Source of the DNA: an uncultured bacterium | GTDB lineage: Bacteria; Fibrobacterota; Chitinivibrionia; Chitinivibrionales; JANQEN01 | Assembly (NCBI GenBank): GCA_965372145.1 | Contig: CBDVBE010000003.1 | Location: forward strand, 1-43,938 | DNA length: 43,938 nt | Reading direction: 5' to 3' | Part shown: positions 19,020 through 29,762 of the stretch, piece by piece | How positions within the stretch are numbered: the first letter of the stretch is position 1 | How the letters are laid out: each line of letters opens with the position of its first letter | Position numbers and translations under genes: made by a program | Notes under the pieces: model-generated | What the model was told of the DNA's origin: nothing | Seen by the model: only the letters and a program-made list of their open reading frames with translations | Databases searched by the model: none

Positions 19020-19742
19020 ATGATACATCTTACAGTCTTTCATAACGACGAACCGATTAAGACATATGAAATAGATAAACGGGTCATACATGTCGGTCGA
19101 TTGCCGGAGAATGAAATTCCTATCGCCAGTATAAGCATTTCCCGACGCCATGTCCGTATCGAACAGGATGCATCCGGACAATATATTATATCTGATCTGA
19201 ACTCTTTAAATGGAACATTTGTAAATAATAAAAAAATAAAAGAATTTGCGTTATCAGACGGTGACAAGATTACTATTGGGAAATACTCAATGTTATTTGA
19301 ACTCGGTGCTGAAAGTGCTGAGACAACTGAGGTAGCACCTGCAAGTCATGAACCGAATGTAATGGCAGCAGACCAGGTGTCGAGTGATGATGCAGATGTT
19401 GAAGAACTGGGGCCGGTACCAGCTCCTCCTCTTGGAAATGAAGATAGCAGCAGTGCAGGAGTATTAATTGAAACCAATAAACATGTTGTATACAAACTTG
19501 ACAAGCCGGCCATGACCATCGGCAGTTCAGAAAAGGATGATATTTTTGTTGATGGATTCCTCATTACTGATGGCCATGTACTTATTGAAAAGGATGATGA
19601 AGGTACCTGGATTCATGCGAATAAATTAATGGGCCGTTTTAAAATTAATGGTAAAAAAGTAAACAAGCATAAATTAAAACATAAAGACAGAATCGAAATC
19701 GGTTCAAGCACCTTTCGCTATATGGAAAATGGAAGAAAATAA
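19020..19742 (+). CDS. Tandem FHA-domain protein
   Basis: FHA1 is canonical (VGR, ISRRH, DLNSLNGTFVN). FHA2 is degenerate (IGS, ITDGH). Confidence 0.9.
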   Translation: MIHLTVFHNDEPIKTYEIDKRVIHVGRLPENEIPIASISISRRHVRIEQDASGQYIISDLNSLNGTFVNNKKIKEFALSDGDKITIGKYSMLFELGAESAETTEVAPASHEPNVMAADQVSSDDADVEELGPVPAPPLGNEDSSSAGVLIETNKHVVYKLDKPAMTIGSSEKDDIFVDGFLITDGHVLIEKDDEGTWIHANKLMGRFKINGKKVNKHKLKHKDRIEIGSSTFRYMENGRK

Positions 19743-20476
19743 TGAGGACCGCTATTATCTCTGACATCCAGGGAAATTTAGAAGCACTCTCTGCAGTTCT
19801 TTACGATATTGAATCAATGAACGTTGATGAGACTATCTGCCTGGGAGTTGTTATTGGCTACGGCCCGAATCCTAATGAATGTATTAATCTCGTTAACAAG
19901 AAATGTCCTATTATCCTTCTTGGAAATCACGATGCTGCAGTCTTGGATGTGTTGTCAACCCAGAACTTTAACATAAATGCAAAGATCGCTATTGAGTGGA
20001 CAAGCGAACAACTTACTATAGAATCCCGAAAATTCCTTGAAGAACTTCCCATGTCAAAAATTGACCTGGATAAAACATATGTCCATTCTACTCCCTATGA
20101 GCCCCGGATGTGGTACTATATCACCTCGATTGAAGAAGCTGTCTTCAATTTTCAATTTTTTGATACTACCTTCTGCATTGTCGGCCATACTCATATTCCG
20201 GTAACCATCTCACTTGACAGTGAAAAAAAGATAACTGTCAGCCAGGATGGTTTTCTTGATTTCGGCAAAGATGATGATGTGCACTATTTGATTAATGTCG
20301 GCAGTATCGGACAACCACGTGACAGGAATCCAAAATCAAGTTATGGTATTATTGACAGTGAAGCGTGCAGTTTCACTCTCCATAGGGTGGAATATGATAT
20401 TAAGAAATGTCAGGCGAAAATGAGAAAGCATAAACTGCCGGAATTCTTGATTGCCCGATTGGAAGAGGGTAAATAA
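19742..20476 (+). CDS. Calcineurin-like metallophosphoesterase with degenerate motifs I and II
   Basis: ISDIQGNLEAL, CLGVVIGYGP, GNHD, VHS, GHTH, INVGSIGQPRD and RVEYD. TAATG coupling to the FHA gene. Confidence 0.88.
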   Translation: MRTAIISDIQGNLEALSAVLYDIESMNVDETICLGVVIGYGPNPNECINLVNKKCPIILLGNHDAAVLDVLSTQNFNINAKIAIEWTSEQLTIESRKFLEELPMSKIDLDKTYVHSTPYEPRMWYYITSIEEAVFNFQFFDTTFCIVGHTHIPVTISLDSEKKITVSQDGFLDFGKDDDVHYLINVGSIGQPRDRNPKSSYGIIDSEACSFTLHRVEYDIKKCQAKMRKHKLPEFLIARLEEGK

Positions 20477-20501
20477 GCACTTTAAAGAAAATTTTTTTCA
20501 T

Positions 20502-20534
20502 AAAAAAAGGCCACTCATTCAGGAGTGGCCTTTT
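20502..20534. terminator. Bidirectional intrinsic terminator
   Basis: AAAAAAAGGCCACTC-ATTCAG-GAGTGGCCTTTT between convergent genes. Confidence 0.88.
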
Positions 20535-20556
20535 ACTTATCCTAGACAATTAGTAT

Positions 20557-23172
20557 CTATTCGCTCATGACACCTATTATTCTCTCATACTGTTTCATTA
20601 ACTCTTTATTTTTATACACATTCATGACACCGAGATAACTTCCCGGTCCGACATCTCTTTCCACTGAATTTTTTCCACTCCACACAAAGACAAAATAATT
20701 TTTTGTCTTGCCACTGATTTCCTTGGTCAATAGTTTCCCTGCAATCTTTTCTTGAATGGTATTGCCTACTGCATCGAATATCGATAAAAAACCTTCCCAA
20801 TTATCATGAGACAGGATTGGTCCCGTAATTTCCAGGAGAATAATCGATACCATTTTATCGTCAGGGTCTATATTATCTAAATTAAGATCTTCAATAATTT
20901 TATTCTTTATCTCTATATCGAAAATAAGCGGGCCAAGAATGGTTACATCAAAATCATTCGGGTAGGGCTTTACGACAAGCGGAATATGTACCGTTTCATT
21001 CCTCTGAGTAACATCAACCATATCAACAACCTTCCCGTGGTTATTTATCCAGACACTATCTCCTGCCACCGGGTATGTTTTACCGCTAATTGAATTTACC
21101 TTAAAAATCATGATAGTACTGCCGTCATCACCAGAAATTAAATTATTAACATCCAGCTTCATAAAATACTGATTCGTGGTCCCGTTGAGAGTGTAATTAA
21201 ATCCAAACGGTTCATCCCCGGTCGGTTTCTTTACCTTCTCGGAAAAGGTAACCCGCAGAGAACGTACCGTATCAGTACCATTAACAACCATTACCGGGTC
21301 ATAAACAGCGGGATCTATAAGTACCCCTCCCATGCCGTCTTTAATAATAAGCTCGGCATTCTCAATAAACCCGATCTGGGATAATTCCGTATCCCCGATT
21401 TTAAGGATATCTTTACTGTTATCGACTGCTGTTTGTGGCGGTTTAAACTTGGCTTTATTCTGCTGGACAAAAATGATAAATCCATCATCAACCCGTTTAA
21501 ACTCTGTTGAAGTAGTATCGAATTCACGCCAGTCCGGCAGTACAACAGTTTTGGATAATGCACTAAGAACAAGAGCTTCATTATCCTTCATCACATCCAA
21601 AAGGCTGTCATCAACCGTCACATATATGGCATCGATATAACCGTCCGCCAGTCCGTTGGTACTTGAATTAATGGTATCCAGGTAGGTCGCCTCAAGTAAT
21701 TTAAAGGTCTTTCCCATGATCTTGACGACAATATCATCAGTAAGTTTCTTGCCGTTAAAATCATATTCACCGTTTACATCCGTGGCTGCAATAAGCGCCA
21801 TGGTGGCACGATTTGCTCTACCCTGTCCATTGGATGGATTAGAACCCACCTCAGCAGTTACAATCAAATTGTCATCACTCCACCATACTGTCGGATCTGA
21901 AGGGCCAATCCAGTTGCCGTACATATCCCGCAGGATTGCATAGAACTCCTCGTTATACTGCTCGCTTTGATAAATAAAAACAGAATCCAGCGGATCATCA
22001 TCATTTTTATCGTTTTCACCAAAAACAGGCGTGTCTTCTATAACAAGATGATCCGGATCGCCGGGGAGCACGTAAATATGAACACTGTCCGACAGATGGA
22101 TGTCATTTACATTATCATCATACTTTCCCCAGATCACTATCGTGGTATAGGCATCTGTAGGAACGAACATACAACTATCATCAAATGTGGTAAAAGTAGA
22201 GTCATGGTTTAATCCATTTAAATCTACCCATGTCCATGTCAAATCTCCCGGTAAATCTGTCACGATCCCGGTGTCAGATTTTATTTGTGTCCAGGCAAGA
22301 GCTGTATCACCGACCTGGATGGTATCACTGGGGTCTACAATTATCTCGAGTTCATCGGGCAAATACATGATAATATTCGATGTGATTTTAATATGTGAGG
22401 ATGTCGCCTGCCGTTCGGCGAAAAAGAACGAAAGGGTACATGAATCACCGTCCTGGAGGTTCAGTTGAGTTGCAAAATCATCCAACGCAAAATTATCCTC
22501 TATATGCATGTGAATACCGCCAATATCAAGGACCAATTCCCCGTTGATAAACACCCAGACATCATCATCACCTTTAAAAGTGAATGTCAAATTAGGTTTA
22601 TACAGGAATACTCTTTCAATCATCATGGTGAACGAATAGTTATGCTCAACCGGATTTATCGGTACACCAACCCAGTTAAGGGTCGGCTCCTTGCCGAACC
22701 CTAACTCATCAAGCGGGAAAAATGCGGTGTCCTCAAATTCGTAAACACCGGCTCCCAGGTGTTGAAACGTAAGGGAATCCTCAAACTTCATATTTATGTA
22801 GCTAGTATCCCAACTGACAATATCATTAGACTGCAGGCCGCCGTTTTGCATTTTGAAATATTTCGGATTATAGTTTTTATCGGTATGCTCACTAAAAGGA
22901 CGGTACCATTTTTCGAGATAATGACTGTAATAGGTTTTCGTGCCACGAACAGGAAGGCCGTCCGAATCAAGGCTTGACTCAACCATATTTTTGGTTACAA
23001 GGTCCTTATCATCAACCGGGTTGAAATCAGGACAACTGCTATTAGAATGGAAATCGAAATATTGAACATATACGTTGATCGTTGGCGGATAATTCTGTGC
23101 GTTTACCGGAAGTGAAAAGAATACAATAGAAATGACACCAAGAAAAAGAGTTAACTCTTTAACAAGTTTCAT
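20557..23172 (-). CDS. Secreted fibro-slime (PA14-like) domain protein with a FlgD-Ig/T9SS-like C-terminus
   Basis: Signal peptide, FFPLD, HNYSFTM, FTFKGDDDVWVFING.LVLDIGGIH and FFFAERQ. C-terminal IFDAVGN...WSGKN...VGPGSYL. Confidence 0.9.
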   Translation of the reverse strand: MKLVKELTLFLGVISIVFFSLPVNAQNYPPTINVYVQYFDFHSNSSCPDFNPVDDKDLVTKNMVESSLDSDGLPVRGTKTYYSHYLEKWYRPFSEHTDKNYNPKYFKMQNGGLQSNDIVSWDTSYINMKFEDSLTFQHLGAGVYEFEDTAFFPLDELGFGKEPTLNWVGVPINPVEHNYSFTMMIERVFLYKPNLTFTFKGDDDVWVFINGELVLDIGGIHMHIEDNFALDDFATQLNLQDGDSCTLSFFFAERQATSSHIKITSNIIMYLPDELEIIVDPSDTIQVGDTALAWTQIKSDTGIVTDLPGDLTWTWVDLNGLNHDSTFTTFDDSCMFVPTDAYTTIVIWGKYDDNVNDIHLSDSVHIYVLPGDPDHLVIEDTPVFGENDKNDDDPLDSVFIYQSEQYNEEFYAILRDMYGNWIGPSDPTVWWSDDNLIVTAEVGSNPSNGQGRANRATMALIAATDVNGEYDFNGKKLTDDIVVKIMGKTFKLLEATYLDTINSSTNGLADGYIDAIYVTVDDSLLDVMKDNEALVLSALSKTVVLPDWREFDTTSTEFKRVDDGFIIFVQQNKAKFKPPQTAVDNSKDILKIGDTELSQIGFIENAELIIKDGMGGVLIDPAVYDPVMVVNGTDTVRSLRVTFSEKVKKPTGDEPFGFNYTLNGTTNQYFMKLDVNNLISGDDGSTIMIFKVNSISGKTYPVAGDSVWINNHGKVVDMVDVTQRNETVHIPLVVKPYPNDFDVTILGPLIFDIEIKNKIIEDLNLDNIDPDDKMVSIILLEITGPILSHDNWEGFLSIFDAVGNTIQEKIAGKLLTKEISGKTKNYFVFVWSGKNSVERDVGPGSYLGVMNVYKNKELMKQYERIIGVMSE

Positions 23173-23556
23173 ACTAGCCCCCTCAATGCGCTAGAAGAAA
23201 AAAGAAAATAATCCATCTCATCCTTCACTTATAATATACTAAAAATGGTTATAAAGTTAAGTTATTTATTGCAAAAATACCATTTTAACTACTTACTAAA
23301 TGTATTAATACAATAAATAGACAAATTTGTTTTGGTATAACTATTGTCGTTCTATATATAATCAAAGTTCAATCATTTCATTAATATAATTGTGTAATTA
23401 GTAGATTTTCCGTTGACTTACGTTGACCAATTAACAGGAGATTTTTATCAAAATTAATATAACCCCTTGTTTTAAAATAAGTTATAAAAACTTGTCAGAT
23501 TTTTTATGCTTGGATTAAAGTATTAATGCCTCTCACTACAAATATAACAATAAAAG

Positions 23557-23709
23557 GGGTTAATTGCAAAAATCTTGAAAATTGCTTAAAAGTGTCATTG
23601 CGAGGAGTGAAGCGACGAAGCAATCTCCTACATATCAACGAGTTAGAGATTGCTTTGCTACGCTCGCAATGACAATATCGCCTTAAATTATGACTTTTGC
23701 AATTACCTC
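23557..23709. mobile_element. MITE-like element (same TIR family as 10045-10141) carrying a GTCATTGCGAG palindrome
   Basis: Left end GGGTTAATTGCAAAAATC, right end GACTTTTGCAATTACCTC. Internal TGTCATTGCGAG...GCAATCTC...GAGATTGC...CTCGCAATGACA (23593-23674). Confidence 0.8.
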
Positions 23710-23716
23710 AAAAAAC

Positions 23717-23764
23717 AAAAAAAAGCAACGAATACCTATACAAATGAATTATCCGTTGCTTTTA
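23717..23764 (-). terminator. Probable pyrG terminator
   Basis: AAAAAGCAACG...CGTTGCTTTTT with an A-tract. Confidence 0.65.
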
Positions 23765-23785
23765 TAATGTTTACCGGTTTTTAGA

Positions 23786-25402
23786 CTATTTTTTTGATCT
23801 TTTCAAACTGTACTTTAAAGTCGATTTTACGAAATCCCTGAAAAGCGGGTGTGGATTTATTGGGCGGGATTTAAACTCAGGATGAAACTGCACCCCGACA
23901 AACCATGGATGGTCTTTAAGTTCCACTACTTCAACCAGCATTTCATTTGGTGAGAGGCCGGAAAGTACCAGGCCGGCTTTTTCGAATTGTTCACGGTAAT
24001 CATTATTAAATTCATACCGGTGACGATGACGTTCACTGATATTTTCTTTTCCATAGCTTTGACGTGCTTTCGTTCCCTTCTTTAATACACATGGATAGGC
24101 ACCCAGCCGCATAGTACCACCAAGATTCATAATTCGCTTCTGCTCTTCCATCAAATGAATGACCGGATCGGGAGTTGATTCATTATTTTCTATACTGTCC
24201 GCTTTGGGAAGCTTAAGTAAATGCCGGGCAAACTCAATAACCGCAGTCTGCATACCGAGACAAATACCAAAAAACGGGATTCCTTTTTCACGGGCATATT
24301 TTATTGCAGCAATTTTACCTTCCAGACCGCGTGAGCCAAAACCACCAGGTACAAGGATACCATGCATACCTTTCAGTACCCTGGCGGCACCTCTTTCCTC
24401 TATATCTTCCGCACCAATACTGACAATAGAAACTTTGGCGGAATTATGGGCACCTGCATGGTTTAGTGATTCATGAATCGATTTATAGGCATCCAGTAAT
24501 TCAGAATATTTACCAACCACAGCAATGGTAACGGTATGTTTGGCATTGGTTACCTTTTCAATATATTCACGCCAGGGCCTAAGGTTACGTTTTCCCGAGC
24601 GGAGTCCAAGTGAATCAATAATAATATGGTCAAGATTCTGAGCAGCGAATTCTATCGGAACTTCATAAATTGTGTTCTTTACATCGAATGCCTCAATGAC
24701 AGCCTCTTCATCAACATTACAGAAGAGCGAGAGTTTCCGCCTTACCTCTTTATCAAGATGCTTCTCTGTTCTGCAAATCAACACATCCGGAATAATACCA
24801 ATCTCGCGCAGCCTGCCGACGGAGTGCTGTGTTGGTTTGGTCTTAACCTCCCCTGCTTTTTTCAGGTAAGGGATGAGGGTAACATGGATGAATAGAACAT
24901 TACTTTTTCCTTCACTCTGCCTGAACTGGCGGAGTGCCTCTAAAAAGGGAAGACTCTCGATATCACCGACTGTACCGCCAATCTCACTGATAACCACATC
25001 AACATCCTCACCGGCAACCGAGCGGATACTGTCACATATCTCGGTCGTTACATGGGGAACAACCTGTACTGTTCCGCCAAGGAAATCCCCGCGTCGTTCC
25101 TTTTTTAAAATCGAATTATAAATACGTCCGGTAGTATAATTGCAGTTTTTCGATGTGGTTACTCCGGTAAACCGTTCATAATGACCAAGGTCAAGATCCG
25201 TTTCCGCCCCGTCGTCAGTCACATATACTTCACCATGCTGATAGGGGTTCATGGTCCCGGGATCAACATTCAGGTACGGGTCAAACTTCTGATGAATAAC
25301 CTTTACTCCCCTTGACTTAAGCAGCAGCCCGATTGAGGCTGCAGTAATCCCTTTACCAAGTGAAGACACAACACCACCGGTTACGAAAATGTACTTCGAC
25401 AT
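23786..25402 (-). CDS. pyrG: CTP synthase
   Basis: [51 protein letters not shown] and QFHPE. Confidence 0.99.
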   Translation of the reverse strand: MSKYIFVTGGVVSSLGKGITAASIGLLLKSRGVKVIHQKFDPYLNVDPGTMNPYQHGEVYVTDDGAETDLDLGHYERFTGVTTSKNCNYTTGRIYNSILKKERRGDFLGGTVQVVPHVTTEICDSIRSVAGEDVDVVISEIGGTVGDIESLPFLEALRQFRQSEGKSNVLFIHVTLIPYLKKAGEVKTKPTQHSVGRLREIGIIPDVLICRTEKHLDKEVRRKLSLFCNVDEEAVIEAFDVKNTIYEVPIEFAAQNLDHIIIDSLGLRSGKRNLRPWREYIEKVTNAKHTVTIAVVGKYSELLDAYKSIHESLNHAGAHNSAKVSIVSIGAEDIEERGAARVLKGMHGILVPGGFGSRGLEGKIAAIKYAREKGIPFFGICLGMQTAVIEFARHLLKLPKADSIENNESTPDPVIHLMEEQKRIMNLGGTMRLGAYPCVLKKGTKARQSYGKENISERHRHRYEFNNDYREQFEKAGLVLSGLSPNEMLVEVVELKDHPWFVGVQFHPEFKSRPINPHPLFRDFVKSTLKYSLKRSKK

Positions 25403-25467
25403 CAGACTATCCTATCGCAAAGTGTTTGATTTTAGTTATCTCGCTACTTATAAAAATTCCACCTTTT

Positions 25468-25507
25468 AAAAAAAAGATACCTGTGGCTTCTAGCCATCAG
25501 ATATCTT
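25468..25507 (-). terminator. Intrinsic terminator about 65 nt upstream of pyrG
   Basis: Minus strand AAGATATCTGATGGCT-AGA-AGCCACAGGTATC-TTTTTTTT. Confidence 0.7.
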
Positions 25508-25668
25508 CGTGTATTCGACAATAACCCATTTAAAGCGGACGCTGTTATTTTTTATGTTTGTTATTACTCCTTCTTGGTTCAAAATACTGCTTTCAGGAAA
25601 TATCGTCAAGACCAAATAAAGTAAATAATTTTAATCGGTAGACAAGAACAGGCATTCAATGTATAATG

Positions 25669-26793
25669 TTAGTCCTTTATCTGGAGTATTACATTCAGCC
25701 GTGAAAGATACCGCTGCAATTCCGCTACCTCCCCCGAAAAATCCCGCGGTTCAACCTTCAGCCAGGGATCATGTTCTACAGCGCTTTCTATTTCTATCCG
25801 CAGGCTATCGAGTGTAGTAACCATTTCATTGTAATCGAACAATTCCTTCATCCGATTCTTTACATATGAATTATATGCCTCAATCGCCATAAGCTGTTCA
25901 TACAGGTTGTTTTTCCAGCTGTCATACTCAAGATGAGGGCTGCCATAAAACGTAAGGTCAAAGTCCCACGGAATAAACTGGAATTTTTTAATGGTGGGAT
26001 TAAGATACAGATAGAAATTCTTTACTATTCCATCATAATGTCTGATAAGCATTGAAACAGTATAATAGTCAAGCACATTTTTTATATCAAGGACAGCACT
26101 CAACAATGCAGTATCGTTCACTGTCAAACCTTTATCAAGAATAAGAAAGAGCTGTTCCAGATCAAAATAGGTCATATCATCTTCAGGTAATTTTTTATCA
26201 AAATGTGCCTGGGGTATGACATTATTCTTCGACGTAAACCAGGAGTTGCTTTTTGCTTTATACAGGCTGGAAATTGGTAAATTTCGCTTCTGAAGAAACA
26301 ATTCATCGACAATTTCAATAGCCAGATAAATACCATGGTAGCAATTATCAAAAAAAAGGTGAATCGGCCTGACTTCGGGACAGTGGAGACCTGCCTTTTT
26401 AAACAGCTTGTGTGCTAATCGATAACGGCAGAAACTGGTATCATTGTACTGCGCTGACAATTGAAATGCATCACCAACCTTTTGAGGATATCCGGTATAC
26501 ACTTCAACCTTAAAAGTTTTCTTGGGAAAATGGCACGAGAGACCGCCATGTATACGTATTCTGGCATTGCAATCCCCGGTATCACATTTTACATATACGG
26601 GAAACCAGCGCTCGATAAAGGTAGCTTTAAACAGTTCTGTCAGATTATCCCGACCTATTATCAACGATATAGATTCAATGCCATCAGCAGGTGGTCCATC
26701 CTGAATCCGGATTTGTTCAATACATGAATAAAATAACGGCCCAAAAAGGAGAATGAAAATTAATGAGAAGAAATAAGAAAGTCTCTTTACCAT
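25669..26793 (-). CDS. CotH kinase family protein (probable lipoprotein)
   Basis: IRIHGG.S..FPKKTFKV, YHGIY...E.VDE.FL, HYDG..KNFYLY and FIPWDFDLTF. FYSC lipobox-like segment. Confidence 0.9.
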   Translation of the reverse strand: MVKRLSYFFSLIFILLFGPLFYSCIEQIRIQDGPPADGIESISLIIGRDNLTELFKATFIERWFPVYVKCDTGDCNARIRIHGGLSCHFPKKTFKVEVYTGYPQKVGDAFQLSAQYNDTSFCRYRLAHKLFKKAGLHCPEVRPIHLFFDNCYHGIYLAIEIVDELFLQKRNLPISSLYKAKSNSWFTSKNNVIPQAHFDKKLPEDDMTYFDLEQLFLILDKGLTVNDTALLSAVLDIKNVLDYYTVSMLIRHYDGIVKNFYLYLNPTIKKFQFIPWDFDLTFYGSPHLEYDSWKNNLYEQLMAIEAYNSYVKNRMKELFDYNEMVTTLDSLRIEIESAVEHDPWLKVEPRDFSGEVAELQRYLSRLNVILQIKD

Positions 26794-27830
26794 ACCAGAT
26801 GTACCTGACTAGCGATTTTGTAATTATACCGTCCCCAACTTACACCGGCATAATCATGTGCATATATAATTGAACCATCAGTCATCCAGCGGACTTGTAG
26901 TTTTGTAGAGAAATGAACAGTCAATCCGGCCAATACCTCCCCAAATCCCTGTGATGATGTTTCGGTATCATTCATCAGCCAGGAACCCGAAACTATCGGT
27001 TCAATACCTTTGACAAACTTTTTCTCGATCGGAAAGTTTTTCTTTACCAGTACCTTTGTTGCCAGGAAATACACCTTTCTAAAATCACCCATCTGCTGCG
27101 TAATATCAGAGGCATTCGGATCCAATCCGGTAAAAATTTCCAATGAGCTGTACCACTGCTTAATAAAGTATTCCAGACTCAAGACGCCAAGATTACTGTT
27201 TGTTTGCGGAAAATATTTTTTATTCCAGTGCCACGCATATAAATCGCAAAAACCGATCGTCCCGTTTTTCCACGCCAGCCATACTGCAATATTGCCGAAA
27301 ATCCTCACATCAGGATCTGCACCGGTGACAGCATACCAGGTGAGCGTATTTTCCTGCGCCCCAATTTTACCCCGCAGTTGTATAAGGGGATCATAGGATA
27401 ACACGCCAAAGGATTGAATATATCTGTTTATGAAAGAACGATGGATAGTAGGCCGCGTTTTTGAGCCATGTATTTCTTCCAGCCCAAAAACCTTGCGCTG
27501 ATTCCCCAGTCGCAGACGAACCGGTTTCTTGAATTTAAACTGTATCCAGCACTCTTTGATTCTCACGCCCGCTAAATTATAATCCGCCTCCAGTTCGAAT
27601 CGCCCCTTTACTCCTGAACCTGCTTTAACAGTAGTTTCCAATTCAGCTTTCCCAATTTGAACGGTCTTTTCATCATATACGGTGAAATCATGGTCCTTTG
27701 ATTTTGCACCCTGATACTCGTATGCAATCCCTACGGTTAACTCACCGGAGAGCTTGGCGTTGACCTTGTCTTTGCTAAAAAGGAATTGGACAGAGCACAA
27801 AACAAATACCAGAAAAAAAGGTCGTTTCAT
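26787..27830 (-). CDS. Outer-membrane porin (OprO/OprP-like beta-barrel)
   Basis: Signal peptide, IKECWIQF...LRLGNQRKVFGLEE...TIHRS, alternating beta-strands and a terminal Trp. Confidence 0.7.
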   Translation of the reverse strand: MKRPFFLVFVLCSVQFLFSKDKVNAKLSGELTVGIAYEYQGAKSKDHDFTVYDEKTVQIGKAELETTVKAGSGVKGRFELEADYNLAGVRIKECWIQFKFKKPVRLRLGNQRKVFGLEEIHGSKTRPTIHRSFINRYIQSFGVLSYDPLIQLRGKIGAQENTLTWYAVTGADPDVRIFGNIAVWLAWKNGTIGFCDLYAWHWNKKYFPQTNSNLGVLSLEYFIKQWYSSLEIFTGLDPNASDITQQMGDFRKVYFLATKVLVKKNFPIEKKFVKGIEPIVSGSWLMNDTETSSQGFGEVLAGLTVHFSTKLQVRWMTDGSIIYAHDYAGVSWGRYNYKIASQVHLVW

Positions 27831-27980
27831 TACATCTCTTTTCGTTTTTTATTCATGTATCAAAAATACGTTACCCGGTAACCTTAAAATAAAATATTGT
27901 ATTCGAATTCTCATTCCGAATCATTTTTTATATAGATTTATTATTAAGCACACAACCACCCTTTTTCCCGGGAAAACAGC

Positions 27981-29744
27981 ATGTATCAATGCTATCGCCT
28001 TTTAATCTACATTCTCCTTAATGTAACTGTTCTATCAGCAAACAGCTATTATGTCGCAACCGATGGTGATAACAACTCGGGGGATGGTTCTTCTGCCAGT
28101 CCCTGGGCAACCATCGATTATGCCGTCGCCTATATTCCTTCAGCCGGCGGAGACACCGTTATCGTAAGAAACGGTATCTATAATGGCAGAAATTATATCA
28201 CCGAGTCCTTTGATACATGGATCGTTATCAAAGCGGAACATGAGTATAAAGCCAAGTTAACAAACATCCAGAATAACAAAGGCAATGAGGCTTTCGGAAT
28301 TTTTACTCCCGGTTCAGCCAAAATAATCGTTCAGGGATTCCTGTTCTCAAATGCGGATGAGACCTATGTCTGCACAGAGCGCGAGGCAAATTTTCTCATT
28401 CACTTTCAGGATGCCTGCGATATCATTTTTCAGAATAATATTATCTTCGGCAATAATGTAGAGGAGTGTTGCAATGAACTTCTTAAAATAAACAGAGGAG
28501 GTGCAGAGTTTTATCCTCGAAACATTCATATCCGCGGAAACGTTTTTTACGATCACGTCAGTGCTCCCGGTGCCGATATCATTGATGCTGTCCGGCCGGG
28601 CGAACTTGATATTTATGAAAATATTTTTTTCACGCGCTCCACCCCAAACGCACAATCCTTTATCACATTGAAGCGGCAGGTGCAGGAGCAGGATATCCCT
28701 GACCAGTACAAACCCGCCCGTAATCCGCGGCACAAAGTTTACAGGAATATTTTTCTCAATTGGGACGGTAAAACTGATCAGGCGTTCATTCAGTTTGGTG
28801 AAGATGGACAAAATGAATATATGATTACTAACTCAATTATTGAGAATAATTTACTTATCGGGAATTCTTCAAATTCTATCGTTGCCGCGATTCAGCTCAA
28901 AGGTGCGAAAAATATTACCATACGTGCAAATACCATAACGGGCAACCTTCCCGGCGGGACCTATGGATTTCGTATTGGAACAGAAGGCGACAATCCCCCG
29001 GTTGACAGTTTCTTTATTTATAACAACATCTGGACCGATCCAACCGGAACCATGACGAACAGGTTTATCAATACCTACGGTGATGTTGATGTTTCCTCTA
29101 TTGCGCTTAATAACAATCTCTTCTGGAACGCTGACAATGCTTTACCAGACCAGGGTTCGGTACTCCCCACGCAGGATGACAGTCGCATTGTTGCTAATCC
29201 CGAACTCGAAGAAAATCAGAACAATATAACGCTTCCCGTATGGGACGAAGAACATGAACAGTTTTTAAGCGGGAATAAAACAATACGGGAAGAATTTGAA
29301 CGACTCGTTTACACCTACGGTGCAATAGCTGAGACAAGTCCGGCAAGAAACGAAGCTGATGCAACTGCAATGCCTTCAGATGATATTCTTGGCGGCAAAC
29401 GGGATTCACTGCCTGATGTCGGTTGTTTTGAATATGGTGCAACCGTGAATAATACATTCAATCCCTACAATCAACATTTACTACTAAAGCCATTATACGT
29501 TAGAATACTGCCGGACAATACCATTCGGATAACTATGCAATTTCATAAAAGCTGTATGGTCGCCTTTCAACTTTACAATGTATCAGGCCAAAAAGTATAT
29601 GAGCACAGAAAAAACAATTCACTTTCCAATACGCAGCAGATATCCATTACTCTCCCCTCAACATTTTTCCCGAATGGGGTATATCTCGCGGTTATCGCTT
29701 ATGATTCAAAACTCTATGCGCAAAAATTATTACTTAACCAATAA
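27981..29744 (+). CDS. Secreted right-handed beta-helix (pectin-lyase-like) protein with a T9SS-like CTD
   Basis: YYVATDGDNNSGDGS...PWATI, GDTVIVRNGIY, I.NN repeats and PDVGCFEY. C-terminal LYNVSGQKV...NGVYL...QKLLL. Confidence 0.82.
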   Translation: MYQCYRLLIYILLNVTVLSANSYYVATDGDNNSGDGSSASPWATIDYAVAYIPSAGGDTVIVRNGIYNGRNYITESFDTWIVIKAEHEYKAKLTNIQNNKGNEAFGIFTPGSAKIIVQGFLFSNADETYVCTEREANFLIHFQDACDIIFQNNIIFGNNVEECCNELLKINRGGAEFYPRNIHIRGNVFYDHVSAPGADIIDAVRPGELDIYENIFFTRSTPNAQSFITLKRQVQEQDIPDQYKPARNPRHKVYRNIFLNWDGKTDQAFIQFGEDGQNEYMITNSIIENNLLIGNSSNSIVAAIQLKGAKNITIRANTITGNLPGGTYGFRIGTEGDNPPVDSFFIYNNIWTDPTGTMTNRFINTYGDVDVSSIALNNNLFWNADNALPDQGSVLPTQDDSRIVANPELEENQNNITLPVWDEEHEQFLSGNKTIREEFERLVYTYGAIAETSPARNEADATAMPSDDILGGKRDSLPDVGCFEYGATVNNTFNPYNQHLLLKPLYVRILPDNTIRITMQFHKSCMVAFQLYNVSGQKVYEHRKNNSLSNTQQISITLPSTFFPNGVYLAVIAYDSKLYAQKLLLNQ

Positions 29745-29762
29745 CTTATGGTATAATAAAAG

